A stretch of DNA of 64,000 nucleotides from an uncultured Candidatus Saccharibacteria bacterium (GTDB lineage: Bacteria; Patescibacteriota; Minisyncoccia; Phycocordibacterales; JACOZG01). The position numbers and the translations under genes are program-made. Below, piece by piece: positions 1 through 9,496 of this stretch. The stretch spans positions 68,360 through 132,359 of the forward strand of contig OZ246403.1 of NCBI GenBank assembly GCA_965230925.1, given 5' to 3'. Each line of letters starts with the position of its first letter. Position 1 is the first letter of the stretch. The notes beneath the pieces were generated by a model. It had not been told where the DNA came from. It saw only the letters and a program-made list of their open reading frames with translations, and searched no databases.

Positions 1-1
1 C

Positions 2-460
2 ACGGGCAACTTTGACCACTTGAACGTTGGCGGCGTAGCGGTGATTCCTGGCGAACAACCACCCGGTCACCCTGGACCGACTGTACCCACAGCCTCTCTC
101 GTTGTTGAAGAGGGAAAGTACGCTGACGGCGATACGGTTAATGCCACCTTCACTCTGACCGCGCCCGCGAGTTCAAGTCGAGACTGGTTGATATCTTGTC
201 CATTCTTGAACCGGAACGTTTTCGAGCTTGACGATGGGGAAGAGGATGAACAGTCTCATGACGTGATGTTGGCAGCCGGGCAGACTCAGGAAAGTTTCGA
301 GTTCGAGTTTGAACTCGACCTCGCAAATGAAATCCTGGCGGGTGAAGTGGACCTGCAGTGTCGGGCATTCCAGCTCGATGATGAAGGTCACCCGATCAAC
401 GCGACAAATTGCACCGTCCAGTGCCCAAGCGCCGTTGCTTGGTTCGAGATCGAACCATAG
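2..460 (+). CDS. C-terminal part of an acidic hypothetical protein; the frame is open to the window start, so it is partial. It lies in a GC-rich segment.
   Basis: ORF track 20..460 in a frame that stays open upstream. An intrinsic terminator follows at 494-531. GC is higher than the window average. Confidence 0.3.
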   Translation, partial: TGNFDHLNVGGVAVIPGEQPPGHPGPTVPTASLVVEEGKYADGDTVNATFTLTAPASSSRDWLISCPFLNRNVFELDDGEEDEQSHDVMLAAGQTQESFEFEFELDLANEILAGEVDLQCRAFQLDDEGHPINATNCTVQCPSAVAWFEIEP

Positions 461-493
461 AACTGGCCAAAAGCACCTTAGTTTGGAAAATAA

Positions 494-531
494 AGACCCC
501 GTTGCTCAAAAGGCGACGGGGCTCTTCTTTT
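494..531 (+). terminator. Rho-independent terminator
   Basis: Stem 496-507 paired with 512-523 (ccccgt..gc / gc..acgggg), followed by a T-run at 524-530. Confidence 0.6.
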
Positions 532-542
532 ACCTGTCAGAC

Positions 543-571
543 TTGACAGGATTTACAGGGTATGCTAATAA
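543..571 (+). promoter_or_regulatory. Sigma70-like promoter: TTGACA, 17-nt spacer, TAATAA
   Basis: ttgaca at 543-548, a 17-nt spacer, and taataa at 566-571, upstream of the CDS at 652. Confidence 0.5.
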
Positions 572-651
572 TAGGGGCAGACGGAAAAGGTGCGCAGTTC
601 AAATGTTGAATTTGTGGCTTATTTCCGAAGGTTTCCTGAGTGGGAGAATCT

Positions 652-1300
652 TATGATTCGCACGGTATGTACATTGTTTTCGGTACTATTTCTTGGTTCA
701 ATGACGTTCTGGAGTGGAGGCTGCGGCGCAGTCGCAGAAGCGAGCGGAGACCAACAAGCGTTGGTTGAGAACACCGGCCAAGAGCAGGACTCGCCGCCGA
801 GTGACGAGCAAGGCCTTACCACCGAAAGTTCCGCCAAGGGCGGCTACGGGGAAGAGGAAGAGTTCGAGACCTCGGTCAACGATCTTGTTGCCGTCGATAA
901 TGAGAACGACGGTGATGGCAACGAGATTGCACAGCGCTGGGTTTACGCCCTACCGCTCGAGATCGATTATCGAACTAACGGCAACCTGCAGTGCGGATAC
1001 ACGTCGCAATACGTTCCGTACGAGGGGTTCGAAGTCTTTTCCCTGATCCTTGACGGCGGCGCATTTCCGGACGACACCGCAGACTATTGGGTTCGATGGA
1101 TTTTCCAAGACGGAAGCATTGAATCTGGTCGTTTGAGCGAAGTCCGCGCAATGCGAGTCAGCCTAGCCGAAGAAGGAATCATTCAGGTTTTCGTCAGCGA
1201 CGACATCAAGGCGAAGAGCGAAGACGAAATCGCTGAGTGGCAGCAACTAACCCTGGCCGAAATCTCGTATGAGAACTGGGGTTGGGGCGGCAAGGGCTGA
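652..1300 (+). CDS. Hypothetical secreted acidic protein with a signal peptide
   Basis: ORF 590..1300. An internal ATG at 652 has GGGAGA 8 nt upstream. The N-terminus is hydrophobic (MIRTVCTLFSVLFLGSMTFWSGGCG), and the region is GC-rich. Confidence 0.45.
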
Positions 1301-1347
1301 TATAACCAAGGTCCCCAATTCGTGAAATAGAACCAATTACACAAGAT

Positions 1348-1391
1348 GCCCCCGACTGGCGAAAGCTAGCTCGGGGGTATTGTAATTTTTG
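1348..1391 (+). terminator. Rho-independent terminator
   Basis: ccccga at 1350-1355 pairs with tcgggg at 1371-1376, followed by tattgtaattttt. Confidence 0.6.
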
Positions 1392-1415
1392 GGCTGATGT
1401 GGTAGTCATATCTAT

Positions 1416-2642
1416 ATGCAATCGAAATTAAGAGCGTTTACGTCTCTCGGCCTTATTTTTAGCCTAATTTTGGCGGTTTTTCCTTTTAATATTAACCTCG
1501 CTCGAGCGGAAGATTTAACGGTTAATGTTACTTCCCCGGATGACGGAGCAAGTTTTGACATCGGAGAATCAATCAATTTCTCCTCGAGCTTTGGTGGCGG
1601 GGTTGCCCCGTTTGGCTTCGTTTGGGATTTCGGCGATGACACCAGCGCTTTGAGTCAAAATTATAGTAAAACCTATTCGGAAGCTGGTTCTTATACGGCC
1701 ACGATTACTGTTACTGATGCTTTAGAGAACCAAGCCACTGCTTCGGTTGATGTTACGATTAATGGCGCTGAAGAGGAGGATAATGAGGAAGAAGATAATG
1801 GAACTTTTGAAGTTAGCATTACTGCTCCAGCTAATAACTCCGAGCACAATGTTGGCAGTGCTATCAATTTTAACGCCAGCTTTACTGGTGGTGTTGCGCC
1901 CTTCGGTTTCGTGTGGAATTTTGGGGACAGTACAAGTGGGCTGAGTCAGAGTTACAGTAAAACTTATAATACGGCCGGTACTTACCCCGTAACAATTACA
2001 GTGACGGATGCTTTGGAACACCAGACAACTGATACCGTGAATGTGGTTATTGTGAACCAAAACGGTGGTGGTAATGGCAATACGCCGACCGTAGATATTA
2101 AAATTAATGGTCAAGATTCTTCGGTAATGATTGAGGAAGGAAACACCGCCACGGCCACTTGGACTTCAAGCAATGCCGATAATTGCAGTGCGACCGGCAA
2201 CTGGAGTGGTTCACGCCCCCTTTCTGGCAGCGAGACTATTCCGAACTACTTAACTCCTGGTGAATACCTTTACACCATGACTTGTTTCAATAGTCAGGGT
2301 AATACCCAAGATATGGTTACTTTGGTTGTGACTGGTGGTAACAATGGTGGTGGCAATGGGGGTAATGGAGGCAATAACGACGCTCTTACGATCAGCAATA
2401 TCCAAGTTTCTGATGTGACCTCTACTAGTGCGGTAATTAGCTGGACCACTAACTTGCCTTCTACGAGTCGTGTGATCTATGACACTACTTCTCACTCAAG
2501 CATTGGCGATGCACCAAATTACGGCTACGCCAACTCTACTGGTACTCAAGACACCAGCCCCAAGGTGACTTCACACCAAGTAACCGTTTCTGGTCTCTCA
2601 CCTTCTACCACCTACTACTTCCGCGTTATTTCTGAGAAATAA
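1416..2642 (+). CDS. Secreted surface protein with two PKD-like domains, an Ig-like region and a C-terminal fibronectin-III-like domain
   Basis: Signal peptide present. A PKD-like motif (FGFVWDFGDDTS...YSKTY..AG.Y..TITVTD) occurs twice. A GGNGG linker precedes an FN3-like C-terminus (VISWTT...TTYYFRVIS). Confidence 0.7.
   Translation: MQSKLRAFTSLGLIFSLILAVFPFNINLARAEDLTVNVTSPDDGASFDIGESINFSSSFGGGVAPFGFVWDFGDDTSALSQNYSKTYSEAGSYTATITVTDALENQATASVDVTINGAEEEDNEEEDNGTFEVSITAPANNSEHNVGSAINFNASFTGGVAPFGFVWNFGDSTSGLSQSYSKTYNTAGTYPVTITVTDALEHQTTDTVNVVIVNQNGGGNGNTPTVDIKINGQDSSVMIEEGNTATATWTSSNADNCSATGNWSGSRPLSGSETIPNYLTPGEYLYTMTCFNSQGNTQDMVTLVVTGGNNGGGNGGNGGNNDALTISNIQVSDVTSTSAVISWTTNLPSTSRVIYDTTSHSSIGDAPNYGYANSTGTQDTSPKVTSHQVTVSGLSPSTTYYFRVISEK
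1535..2060 (+). repeat. Internal tandem duplication, roughly 220 bp x 2, encoding the two PKD-like domains
   Basis: Near-identical peptide blocks (VAPFGFVWDFGD / VAPFGFVWNFGD; ITVTDALENQ / ITVTDALEHQ) are spaced about 300 bp apart. Confidence 0.6.
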
Positions 2643-2741
2643 GCTATAATTCTTCGGTGGACACCGCCAAAGAATTCATTCTGATCCTCCTCATTTTTAC
2701 CATTATGGCGCTCTTGGTGGTGGCGCAAGTATTTTTCTAAC

Positions 2742-3656
2742 GTGCTTTCTGTGCAAAACAATGTGTCGATCGGGAACCTGACCACCTTTGGTGTGGGCGG
2801 CATTGCTCGGCGTTATGTGGCTGTTAATCAGGCTGATGATCTCGTTGAGGCTGTAAAATTGGCGAAGGAAAAAAGGTGGAAATATTTTGTTCTCGCTGGC
2901 GGGAGTAATGTGGTTTTTCCGGAGAAATATAGCGGTTTCGTGATCCACTATCGCTCGGATAAGCCGGAGATTAATGGTCTCACTGTTCAAGCGGGAACCA
3001 GTTTGATGGATTTTATTGATTACACGATCGAGCGCGGTTTTGTTGGGCTGGAAACACTGTCGGGAATTCCAGGCACCGTGGGCGGGGCGATTGTGGGCAA
3101 TGCGGGTGCGTATGGTCAAACAATTTCTGATAATTTGGTTAGGGTAAAAATTTTTAATGGGAAAAAAGTGGTTTGGCTGACCAGGCAAGAATGTAAATTT
3201 ACTTACCGCGAAAGTATTTTTAAGAAAAAAGGGAAACAAGATTGGCTGGTGCTTGAAGCCGAGTTTGATCTGAAACTGGGTAATAAGGCCGAGCTCAAAA
3301 GGAGGTCTCAAGAAATTATTGCCGTGCGCAATGAGCGTTATATACCAGGTCTCAAGTGCCCAGGGAGCTTTTTCAAAAATGTTCCAGCAGATAAGGTGTC
3401 AAAGAAAGTTCTTAAGCTTATTAATCCGGAAAAAATTAAGGGGGGCAAAATCCCAACTGGCTATCTTCTTGAAGAAATTGGCGCCAAAGGCCTTAAATTT
3501 GGCAATCTCGAGATCGCCGCTTTCCACGGCAACCTCATTATCAATAACGGCGGTGCCACAATGAAAGAAGTCAAAAAACTTTCCAACTTCCTCAAAACCC
3601 GCGTCCTCAAAAAGTTTGGTATTAAGCTCGAAGAAGAGGTGCGGTATGTGGGTTGA
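2742..3656 (+). CDS. murB: UDP-N-acetylenolpyruvoylglucosamine reductase MurB
   Basis: N-terminal FAD-binding MurB pattern (FGVGGIARRYVAVN...VLAGGSNVVF), 304 aa. Confidence 0.85.
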   Translation: MLSVQNNVSIGNLTTFGVGGIARRYVAVNQADDLVEAVKLAKEKRWKYFVLAGGSNVVFPEKYSGFVIHYRSDKPEINGLTVQAGTSLMDFIDYTIERGFVGLETLSGIPGTVGGAIVGNAGAYGQTISDNLVRVKIFNGKKVVWLTRQECKFTYRESIFKKKGKQDWLVLEAEFDLKLGNKAELKRRSQEIIAVRNERYIPGLKCPGSFFKNVPADKVSKKVLKLINPEKIKGGKIPTGYLLEEIGAKGLKFGNLEIAAFHGNLIINNGGATMKEVKKLSNFLKTRVLKKFGIKLEEEVRYVG

Positions 3657-3752
3657 TTTTTTCTTAAGTTTCTGTTAGTTTTTGACTTTAGGCCGTCGTT
3701 AAACGGCAACACGTAGTACATTTGTGCGCAGCACAGGAAAGGCTGGTGGTCT

Positions 3753-4466
3753 TTGACAACATCAGATAGGTATGTACTCCTAAAAATAGGGGCAGAAGGT
3801 CTAATGAGAGGCAACAACCCACTTGGTAATTTGTCTACCATTGGGCCCCTGCTAGCTGACATACTGGAAACTAAGCGGGATTTGAAATTAATCATTGTCC
3901 CAGGCGGTGGAAATATCGCCCGAGGTGAGCAGTTCGTGGGCGAATCTCACCGGAGACGTTATGCCGCCGATTATATCGGAATGATGGCTACGAACGTGAA
4001 TGCTATGGCGCTCGTTGAAGCAGGCGCGCTTCGTTCAGAACATCTCGGGTGGGCCTTTCTGACCTCCTTTGCTCCGCCTTACCCCGAAGCCCTATATCAC
4101 GTTGCCAAGGCCCGGGATCTCCTGTCCAGGAATAGGGTTTTGGTTCTTGGCGGCGGAACGGGCAATGTTGGTGTGACAACAGATACGGCGGCCGTGATGA
4201 GGGCAAGAGAGCTTGGTGCGGACCTTGTTGTTAAGGCAACGCCGGGAGTTGATGGGGTACTGAGTCAAGGTGAACCCAAAATACTTATCTCACGGATGAG
4301 TTATTCCCGTTTTCTCTCGGAGGGTTTCGATAAAATCTTGGATCGAGAGGCGGTGGTTGCCGCCCAGCGTGCTAAATTGCCGGTCAGAGTTTTTCGAAGC
4401 TCGGAGGAGAATCTGCGCGCAGTATTGAGCAATGACCAATCTCTTGGTACCCTTATCACCGATTGA
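3753..4466 (+). CDS. pyrH: UMP kinase-like amino-acid-kinase family protein
   Basis: Motifs VPGGGNIARG, GMMATNVNAMAL, LGGGTGNVGVTTDTAA and ATPGVDGV match the UMP kinase pattern. Confidence 0.65.
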   Translation: MTTSDRYVLLKIGAEGLMRGNNPLGNLSTIGPLLADILETKRDLKLIIVPGGGNIARGEQFVGESHRRRYAADYIGMMATNVNAMALVEAGALRSEHLGWAFLTSFAPPYPEALYHVAKARDLLSRNRVLVLGGGTGNVGVTTDTAAVMRARELGADLVVKATPGVDGVLSQGEPKILISRMSYSRFLSEGFDKILDREAVVAAQRAKLPVRVFRSSEENLRAVLSNDQSLGTLITD

Positions 4467-4558
4467 GTAGGTGGGGGTTTCTGTGTTTTGTGAAAGGCTC
4501 GGACATACGTTCCGGGCCTTTTTCTTTGTCCTTCAAAATGATAGGCTAAAAACACTTT

Positions 4559-5920
4559 ATGGAATGGAAACCGACGATTGGGCTCGAGATTCATGCGGAA
4601 CTTTCGACCAAAACGAAGATGTTTTGCCGGTGCAAGAATGAATCGGACCTGCCCGACACATCGGCGGGTGAAAAGCGGCCAAATGTAAATATTTGCCCGG
4701 TGTGCATGGCGCATCCGGGAACTTTGCCGGTGATTAATAAGGAGGCGGTGCGGCAAGTGTTGCGCGTGGGGCTCTCGCTTGACGGCGAGCTTGCTGATTT
4801 TACCGAGTTTGATCGTAAAAATTATTTTTACCCCGATATTCCGAAGGGTTATCAGATCACACAATATAAATTCCCACTTGTCTCGGGTGGTGTGCTCCGC
4901 GATGTGCGAATTCGTCGCGTACATCTTGAAGAAGATACGGCCAAGTCTCTCCACGATCCTAAATCGAATGCGAGTTTGGTTGATTTTAACCGCGCCGGTG
5001 TGCCGCTGATGGAACTCGTGACCGAACCAGATATTACGAGCGCTAAGCAGGCTGGGGATTTTGCTCGCGAATTGCAACTTCTTCTCTGGTACCTTGGTGC
5101 TTCAGAGGCCAATATGGAGAAAGGGGAAATGCGCGTGGAGGCCAATATCTCGCTCAATATGGGGACGAAAGTGGAGGTGAAAAACCTGAATTCATTCCGG
5201 AGCGTGGAAGGGGCAATTGATTATGAGCTCAAACGGCAACAAGAAGCCCTAGAGAAAGGCGAAAAGATTGTACAAGAAACACGCGGTTGGGATGAGGCGA
5301 AGCAAATTACTTTTTCTCAACGCGAGAAGGAGTCGGCGCATGATTATCGCTATTTCCCTGATCCTGATTTGCCGAAGTTGAAGATTGGCGAGATCGCCGA
5401 GTTTAAAAACCTGGAGAAAACTTTGCCAGAATTACCGTGGCAGAAGCGTGAGCGACTAGTGAAGCTCGGGATTAAAGTCGAAGATGCCGAGCAATATATT
5501 GCTGACTTTAAATTGGCAGAATTTTTTGATCTCGTAGAAAAAGAGTTGAAGGAACCGGCGCTCGTGAAAACTGCCTCTAATTTTATTGCCAATGACGTGG
5601 CGGGGAAAAGAAAGAAGGAACCCAGTTGGTTGCCAGACATTAAAATTTTTATCGAAGTGGTAAAAAAATATAGTGCCGGTGAATTACCTTCGCCACAAGC
5701 CAAGAGTTCAATCACAAGCGGGGTGATGACTGAAGTTGCCAGCGCTGATTCCTTAAATGAACTGGTAGAAAAAATTATTGCTGAAAATGCAAAAGTAGTT
5801 GGGGAGTATAAGGCGGGCAAAGCAGCGTCACTACAGTACTTAATCGGCCAAGGGATGAAGCTCTCGCGCGGAACCAGTAATCCACAGATTCTCGAAAAAC
5901 TCTTGCGCGCCAAATTGTAG
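4559..5920 (+). CDS. gatB: Asp/Glu-tRNA(Asn/Gln) amidotransferase subunit B
   Basis: WKPTIGLEIHAELSTKTKMFC and the GatB core; C-terminal GatB/YqeY-like tail. Confidence 0.9.
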   Translation: MEWKPTIGLEIHAELSTKTKMFCRCKNESDLPDTSAGEKRPNVNICPVCMAHPGTLPVINKEAVRQVLRVGLSLDGELADFTEFDRKNYFYPDIPKGYQITQYKFPLVSGGVLRDVRIRRVHLEEDTAKSLHDPKSNASLVDFNRAGVPLMELVTEPDITSAKQAGDFARELQLLLWYLGASEANMEKGEMRVEANISLNMGTKVEVKNLNSFRSVEGAIDYELKRQQEALEKGEKIVQETRGWDEAKQITFSQREKESAHDYRYFPDPDLPKLKIGEIAEFKNLEKTLPELPWQKRERLVKLGIKVEDAEQYIADFKLAEFFDLVEKELKEPALVKTASNFIANDVAGKRKKEPSWLPDIKIFIEVVKKYSAGELPSPQAKSSITSGVMTEVASADSLNELVEKIIAENAKVVGEYKAGKAASLQYLIGQGMKLSRGTSNPQILEKLLRAKL

Positions 5921-6021
5921 TTTGCTAAGATGTCTCCCAGACCCCGTTACTTGTTCTGGTTAGGGCCGGAACAAAAACAAAGTAATGGGCCAGCAGTCGT
6001 TCTTCTCATGGAGGTTCCAGG

Positions 6022-6441
6022 ATGAAGAAAGTGGTCGTTGCATCCCTATTCGCAATGATTGCGATGTGGTATGCAGGAGGAGAGTCTCGGGCGAACCCGA
6101 ACTCTTGTTGCCAGTGTCATCAGGCCATGGAGGCCCCCGTTGCTTTGCAACCGGTACCAATAACTGCATACGAGCAGTTGACGGTTCTGGTCGTGAACAA
6201 TGGGAACGGAAGTGGAGAAAAAGTCATCTTGCCCAACGATGCGTCGAACGATTTCGGCGCAACCGACAGGCAAGTTGCCCTACCGCCCCTTTCCGCCGCC
6301 AATGGTAATAATGACACTGGAAACTGGTTACTCGCTATTACGTCACGCCACTGCGTCGTGACCAGCGAGATCCGAGAGGGGGTGTTTCGCCTAATTTGGC
6401 GAGCACTCATCGTTTTGCCGCAGCAACGCGGCGATCCGTAG
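6022..6441 (+). CDS. Hypothetical exported protein with a CCQCH (CXXCH-like) motif, in a GC-rich segment
   Basis: RBS GGAGG upstream, a signal-peptide-like N-terminus, and a CXXCH-type motif (SCCQCHQ). The antisense ORF 6120..6461 is the alternative reading, so strand assignment is uncertain. Confidence 0.35.
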   Translation: MKKVVVASLFAMIAMWYAGGESRANPNSCCQCHQAMEAPVALQPVPITAYEQLTVLVVNNGNGSGEKVILPNDASNDFGATDRQVALPPLSAANGNNDTGNWLLAITSRHCVVTSEIREGVFRLIWRALIVLPQQRGDP

Positions 6442-6488
6442 ATAACTGTCTTCCTGAACACAACAACCTTTCCGTGGAATTCCTAAAC

Positions 6489-6530
6489 AGCGGCCGAACG
6501 TCATGCGCGTTCGGCCGCTATCCTTTTATC
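6489..6530 (+). terminator. Rho-independent terminator
   Basis: A 12-bp perfect stem (agcggccgaacg / cgttcggccgct) with a 7-nt loop, followed by ccttttat. Confidence 0.65.
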
Positions 6531-6630
6531 CACAAATTGGTTGACTATAAATAATTCAGAGCTAAAATAAGGTCTGCATTAGTAAGCGCCATTGAGGCGC
6601 TAGGTGGTCAGATGATCACCAGACCAAATG

Positions 6631-6712
6631 GAAACTCCGCACCCCGGCTTCTCCCACCGTCTTTTAATGACCACGAGAACTCGACGTGCGGAGTTCTTTG
6701 TTTTTATTTTTC
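6631..6712 (+). promoter_or_regulatory. Long hairpin plus T-tract, 25 nt upstream of gap; either a terminator or attenuator-like element or a small-RNA 3' end
   Basis: aactccgcac at 6633-6642 pairs with gtgcggagtt at 6686-6695 around a 43-nt loop, followed by ctttgtttttattttt. Confidence 0.4.
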
Positions 6713-6736
6713 CTTTACCTTGTTAGAATATAGACA

Positions 6737-7756
6737 ATGAAAACTAAAGTTGGGATCAATGGCTTGGGGCGGATTGGTCGAGCGTTTCTTAAAATTGCGG
6801 TGAAGCGAGAGGAACTCGAGGTGGTAGCGGTGAATGATTTGGGCGACTTAGAAAATCTGGCCTATCTTATTAAGTACGATAGCGCGTATGGAAAGTTTGA
6901 TGGAGAAGTGCTTACTCGAAACGGCAAGCTGGTGGTGAACGGCAAAGAAATTACTTTTTGCCAAAAAAAAGAACCAAAAGAGCTTCCTTGGGGTCAGCTT
7001 GGGGTGGATGTTGTTGTCGAATCAACAGGCTTCTTCGAAACTTATGAGAAAGCGAGGGGTCACATTGATGCCGGAGCGCACAAGGTGGTGATCTCCGCGC
7101 CAGTGAAGGGTGACCCAGTGCCAGGTATCTCGGGCGCGACCGTTTTGATGGGGATTAATGAAGACAAGCTCGCAACCTGCCAAATTACCTCGAACGCTTC
7201 TTGCACTACGAACTCGGCGAGTCCGGTGATTCAGATTCTCCACGACGCGATTGGGATCGAGAAGGCCGTGCTCTCGACGGTGCACGCTTACACCGCAACG
7301 CAAAAAATTGTGGATACACCGGATGCTAAAGATTGGCGGAGAGGGCGAGCGGCCGCGGCTAACATTGTGCCAAGTACCACCGGCGCGGCAATTGCGGTCA
7401 CGGAGGCGATTCCGGCCTTAAAGGGTCTCTTCGACGGTATTGCTTTACGAGTGCCGGTGATTGCTGGTTCGGTGGCCGACATTACCTTTATTGCGCGCCG
7501 ACGAACCAGTGTGGAAGAAGTAAATAATATTCTCAAAAAAGCGGCGAGTGAGCCACGGTGGAAAAATATTTTTACCGCGAGCGAAGAACAGCTTGTCTCG
7601 TCAGACATTGTCGGCAACCCCTACGCCTCCATCGCCGACCTCGGCTTTACCAAGGTTGTTGGTGGTAATCTGGTTAAAGTTCTCGCCTGGTACGATAATG
7701 AAATGGGGTATACGCACGCCTTGGTGGAGCATGTGATTAAGGCGGGACGGAGTTAA
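6737..7756 (+). CDS. gap: Glyceraldehyde-3-phosphate dehydrogenase
   Basis: NGLGRIGR Rossmann motif and the SNASCTTNS active-site motif, 339 aa. Confidence 0.95.
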   Translation: MKTKVGINGLGRIGRAFLKIAVKREELEVVAVNDLGDLENLAYLIKYDSAYGKFDGEVLTRNGKLVVNGKEITFCQKKEPKELPWGQLGVDVVVESTGFFETYEKARGHIDAGAHKVVISAPVKGDPVPGISGATVLMGINEDKLATCQITSNASCTTNSASPVIQILHDAIGIEKAVLSTVHAYTATQKIVDTPDAKDWRRGRAAAANIVPSTTGAAIAVTEAIPALKGLFDGIALRVPVIAGSVADITFIARRRTSVEEVNNILKKAASEPRWKNIFTASEEQLVSSDIVGNPYASIADLGFTKVVGGNLVKVLAWYDNEMGYTHALVEHVIKAGRS

Positions 7757-7757
7757 T

Positions 7758-8228
7758 ATGAAAATCTATCTTGGTACCGATCATGCCGGTTTTGAACTTA
7801 AAGAAAAGTTAAAAGTGTGGCTGAAGGAGGAAGGTCATCAGGTTTTGGATGAAGGTGCTTTTGAGCTCGATCCTGAAGATGATTATCCAGATTTTATAAA
7901 AATTGTGGCGAAGCAAGTGGCGAGCGATGCGGGTAGCTTCGGAATTATCTTGGGGGGTTCGGGTCAAGGTGAGGCCATGGCGGCCAATAGGCATGCTGGC
8001 GTACGGGCAACTGTTTACTATGGGAATAAACCGGAGATTCTCAAACTCTCACGTCAGCATAATAATGCTAATATTCTTTCGCTTGGGGCGCGTTTTATCA
8101 CCGAGAGTGAGGCCAAGGAAGCGGTAGAAACCTGGCTCGAGACTGATTTTGTTGGCGAGGAGCGGCACGCGCGTCGCATTGCGAAATTAGATGAACAAGA
8201 ATCCGGTCAAGTGGCTCACGATTTTTAA
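7758..8228 (+). CDS. rpiB: Ribose-5-phosphate isomerase B
   Basis: RpiB/LacAB pattern (IYLGTDHAGFELK...GIILGGSGQGEAMAANR). Confidence 0.9.
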   Translation: MKIYLGTDHAGFELKEKLKVWLKEEGHQVLDEGAFELDPEDDYPDFIKIVAKQVASDAGSFGIILGGSGQGEAMAANRHAGVRATVYYGNKPEILKLSRQHNNANILSLGARFITESEAKEAVETWLETDFVGEERHARRIAKLDEQESGQVAHDF

Positions 8229-8237
8229 ACTTTAAAC

Positions 8238-8903
8238 ATGGCAGAAATTATCCCGTCAATTATTGGCAAGAATTTTACTGAAGTAGCGTCGAAGATGGCG
8301 CAAATTAATGATTTGGTTAAGTGGATTCATTTTGATGTGGTAGACGGCAAGTTTGCGAAGCCGGCTAGTTGGCCTGCCCGCCATAGCTACGCTTCAGGCG
8401 TTGCAGGCGGGGCAATAGACGACATAGCTACGATTGGTAGCAAAGTTAAGATCGAAGCGCACCTCATGATCGAAGCGCCGGAAGAGGTGTTGCCCTTGTG
8501 GCTCGAGGTCGCCGACCGCGTGATTGTGCATTACGAGGCGACTCATAACTTAACCGAGATTCTCGATGTTATTGGTCTGCGCGTTAACGAAGCCGGTGTG
8601 GCGCTCCTGATGAGCACCGATCTCGATGTTCTCACGCCGCATATTGAGAAAATTGATGTGGTCCAACTCATGACCATCGACGAAATTGGCGAGTATGGTC
8701 ATTCATTTAGTTCTCGTGCCCTGGAGAGAATCCGCGCCTTGCGATCAAAATTTCCCAACGTAAAAATCTCTGTTGACGGTGGTATTAATATAGAAACGGG
8801 TAAGCAGGCGATCGAAGCGGGAGCAGACCAACTCGTTGTCGGTTCAGCGATTTGGGAAGCATCCGATCTGGCGAAGGTGATTGAGGAGTTTAAGAAGTTG
8901 TAA
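8238..8903 (+). CDS. rpe: Ribulose-phosphate 3-epimerase
   Basis: HFDVVDG, HLM, DGGIN and AGAD..VVGSAI motifs, with an insertion in loop 1. Confidence 0.8.
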   Translation: MAEIIPSIIGKNFTEVASKMAQINDLVKWIHFDVVDGKFAKPASWPARHSYASGVAGGAIDDIATIGSKVKIEAHLMIEAPEEVLPLWLEVADRVIVHYEATHNLTEILDVIGLRVNEAGVALLMSTDLDVLTPHIEKIDVVQLMTIDEIGEYGHSFSSRALERIRALRSKFPNVKISVDGGINIETGKQAIEAGADQLVVGSAIWEASDLAKVIEEFKKL

Positions 8904-8909
8904 GCAAAA

Positions 8910-8938
8910 TTGACTTTTTGACTCGGGCGTGATAGTTA
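8910..8938 (+). promoter_or_regulatory. Sigma70-like promoter: TTGACT, 17-nt spacer, TAGTTA
   Basis: ttgact at 8910-8915, a 17-nt spacer, and tagtta at 8933-8938. The RBS AAAGGAGGTGA precedes the ATG at 8994. Confidence 0.45.
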
Positions 8939-8993
8939 GAAGGTTGGTAAATTGTTCTCCAAAACGGCTTCAGACCACGAAAGGAGGTGATCG

Positions 8994-9470
8994 ATGAGTT
9001 GGAATACACGGCTTGTTTCTGATCAAGTGCTTATTGTCCCAGAAACTGATGGGACCAAGACTATCTTGGATGCGCGAGATGTTTTTCTGGCAGGGATTAG
9101 CTCTAATTTTCAGGAATGGGGTTGCTGCATCACAGGAACGCCAACACCACAGGTTCCAGCGGAAGCTCGTTTCTTAGTCGAAAGTGCAACATTTGAAGAA
9201 ATCTTCGACATAGAACTTGCTGGCCGGTTCTGGACTTCCACTGACCAAATCACGAAGTTTGTGACCTGCAACCGAAATTGGATGTGGGATGATCGGGGTG
9301 GTGACAAAGTATTTCCTCTCATAATTTGGGGGAAAAAGTTTATTGCCAGCGCTTACTATCGGGCTGACGGTCGGCTTGGAGCCCACCTCCTCGATTTTGT
9401 TAACGAGCGTGTTTGGCATTCCAGGCAACGCCGTCGGTTCATTGTTCCACAACCGGCTGTCGTTCAGTAG
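8994..9470 (+). CDS. Hypothetical protein with no recognisable domain
   Basis: Strong RBS and its own promoter. It sits between rpe and tkt. Confidence 0.5.
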   Translation: MSWNTRLVSDQVLIVPETDGTKTILDARDVFLAGISSNFQEWGCCITGTPTPQVPAEARFLVESATFEEIFDIELAGRFWTSTDQITKFVTCNRNWMWDDRGGDKVFPLIIWGKKFIASAYYRADGRLGAHLLDFVNERVWHSRQRRRFIVPQPAVVQ

Positions 9471-9496
9471 CCTAATCCCAAGTGTTTGCTTTTATA

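Noticed and set aside
714-1046. Arg-rich 110-aa ORF in an alternative + frame within the GC-rich secreted-protein gene.
   Set aside because: It is an off-frame product of GC-rich DNA (R/P/A/T-rich with no hydrophobic core). The overlapping frame has a signal peptide and a proper RBS.
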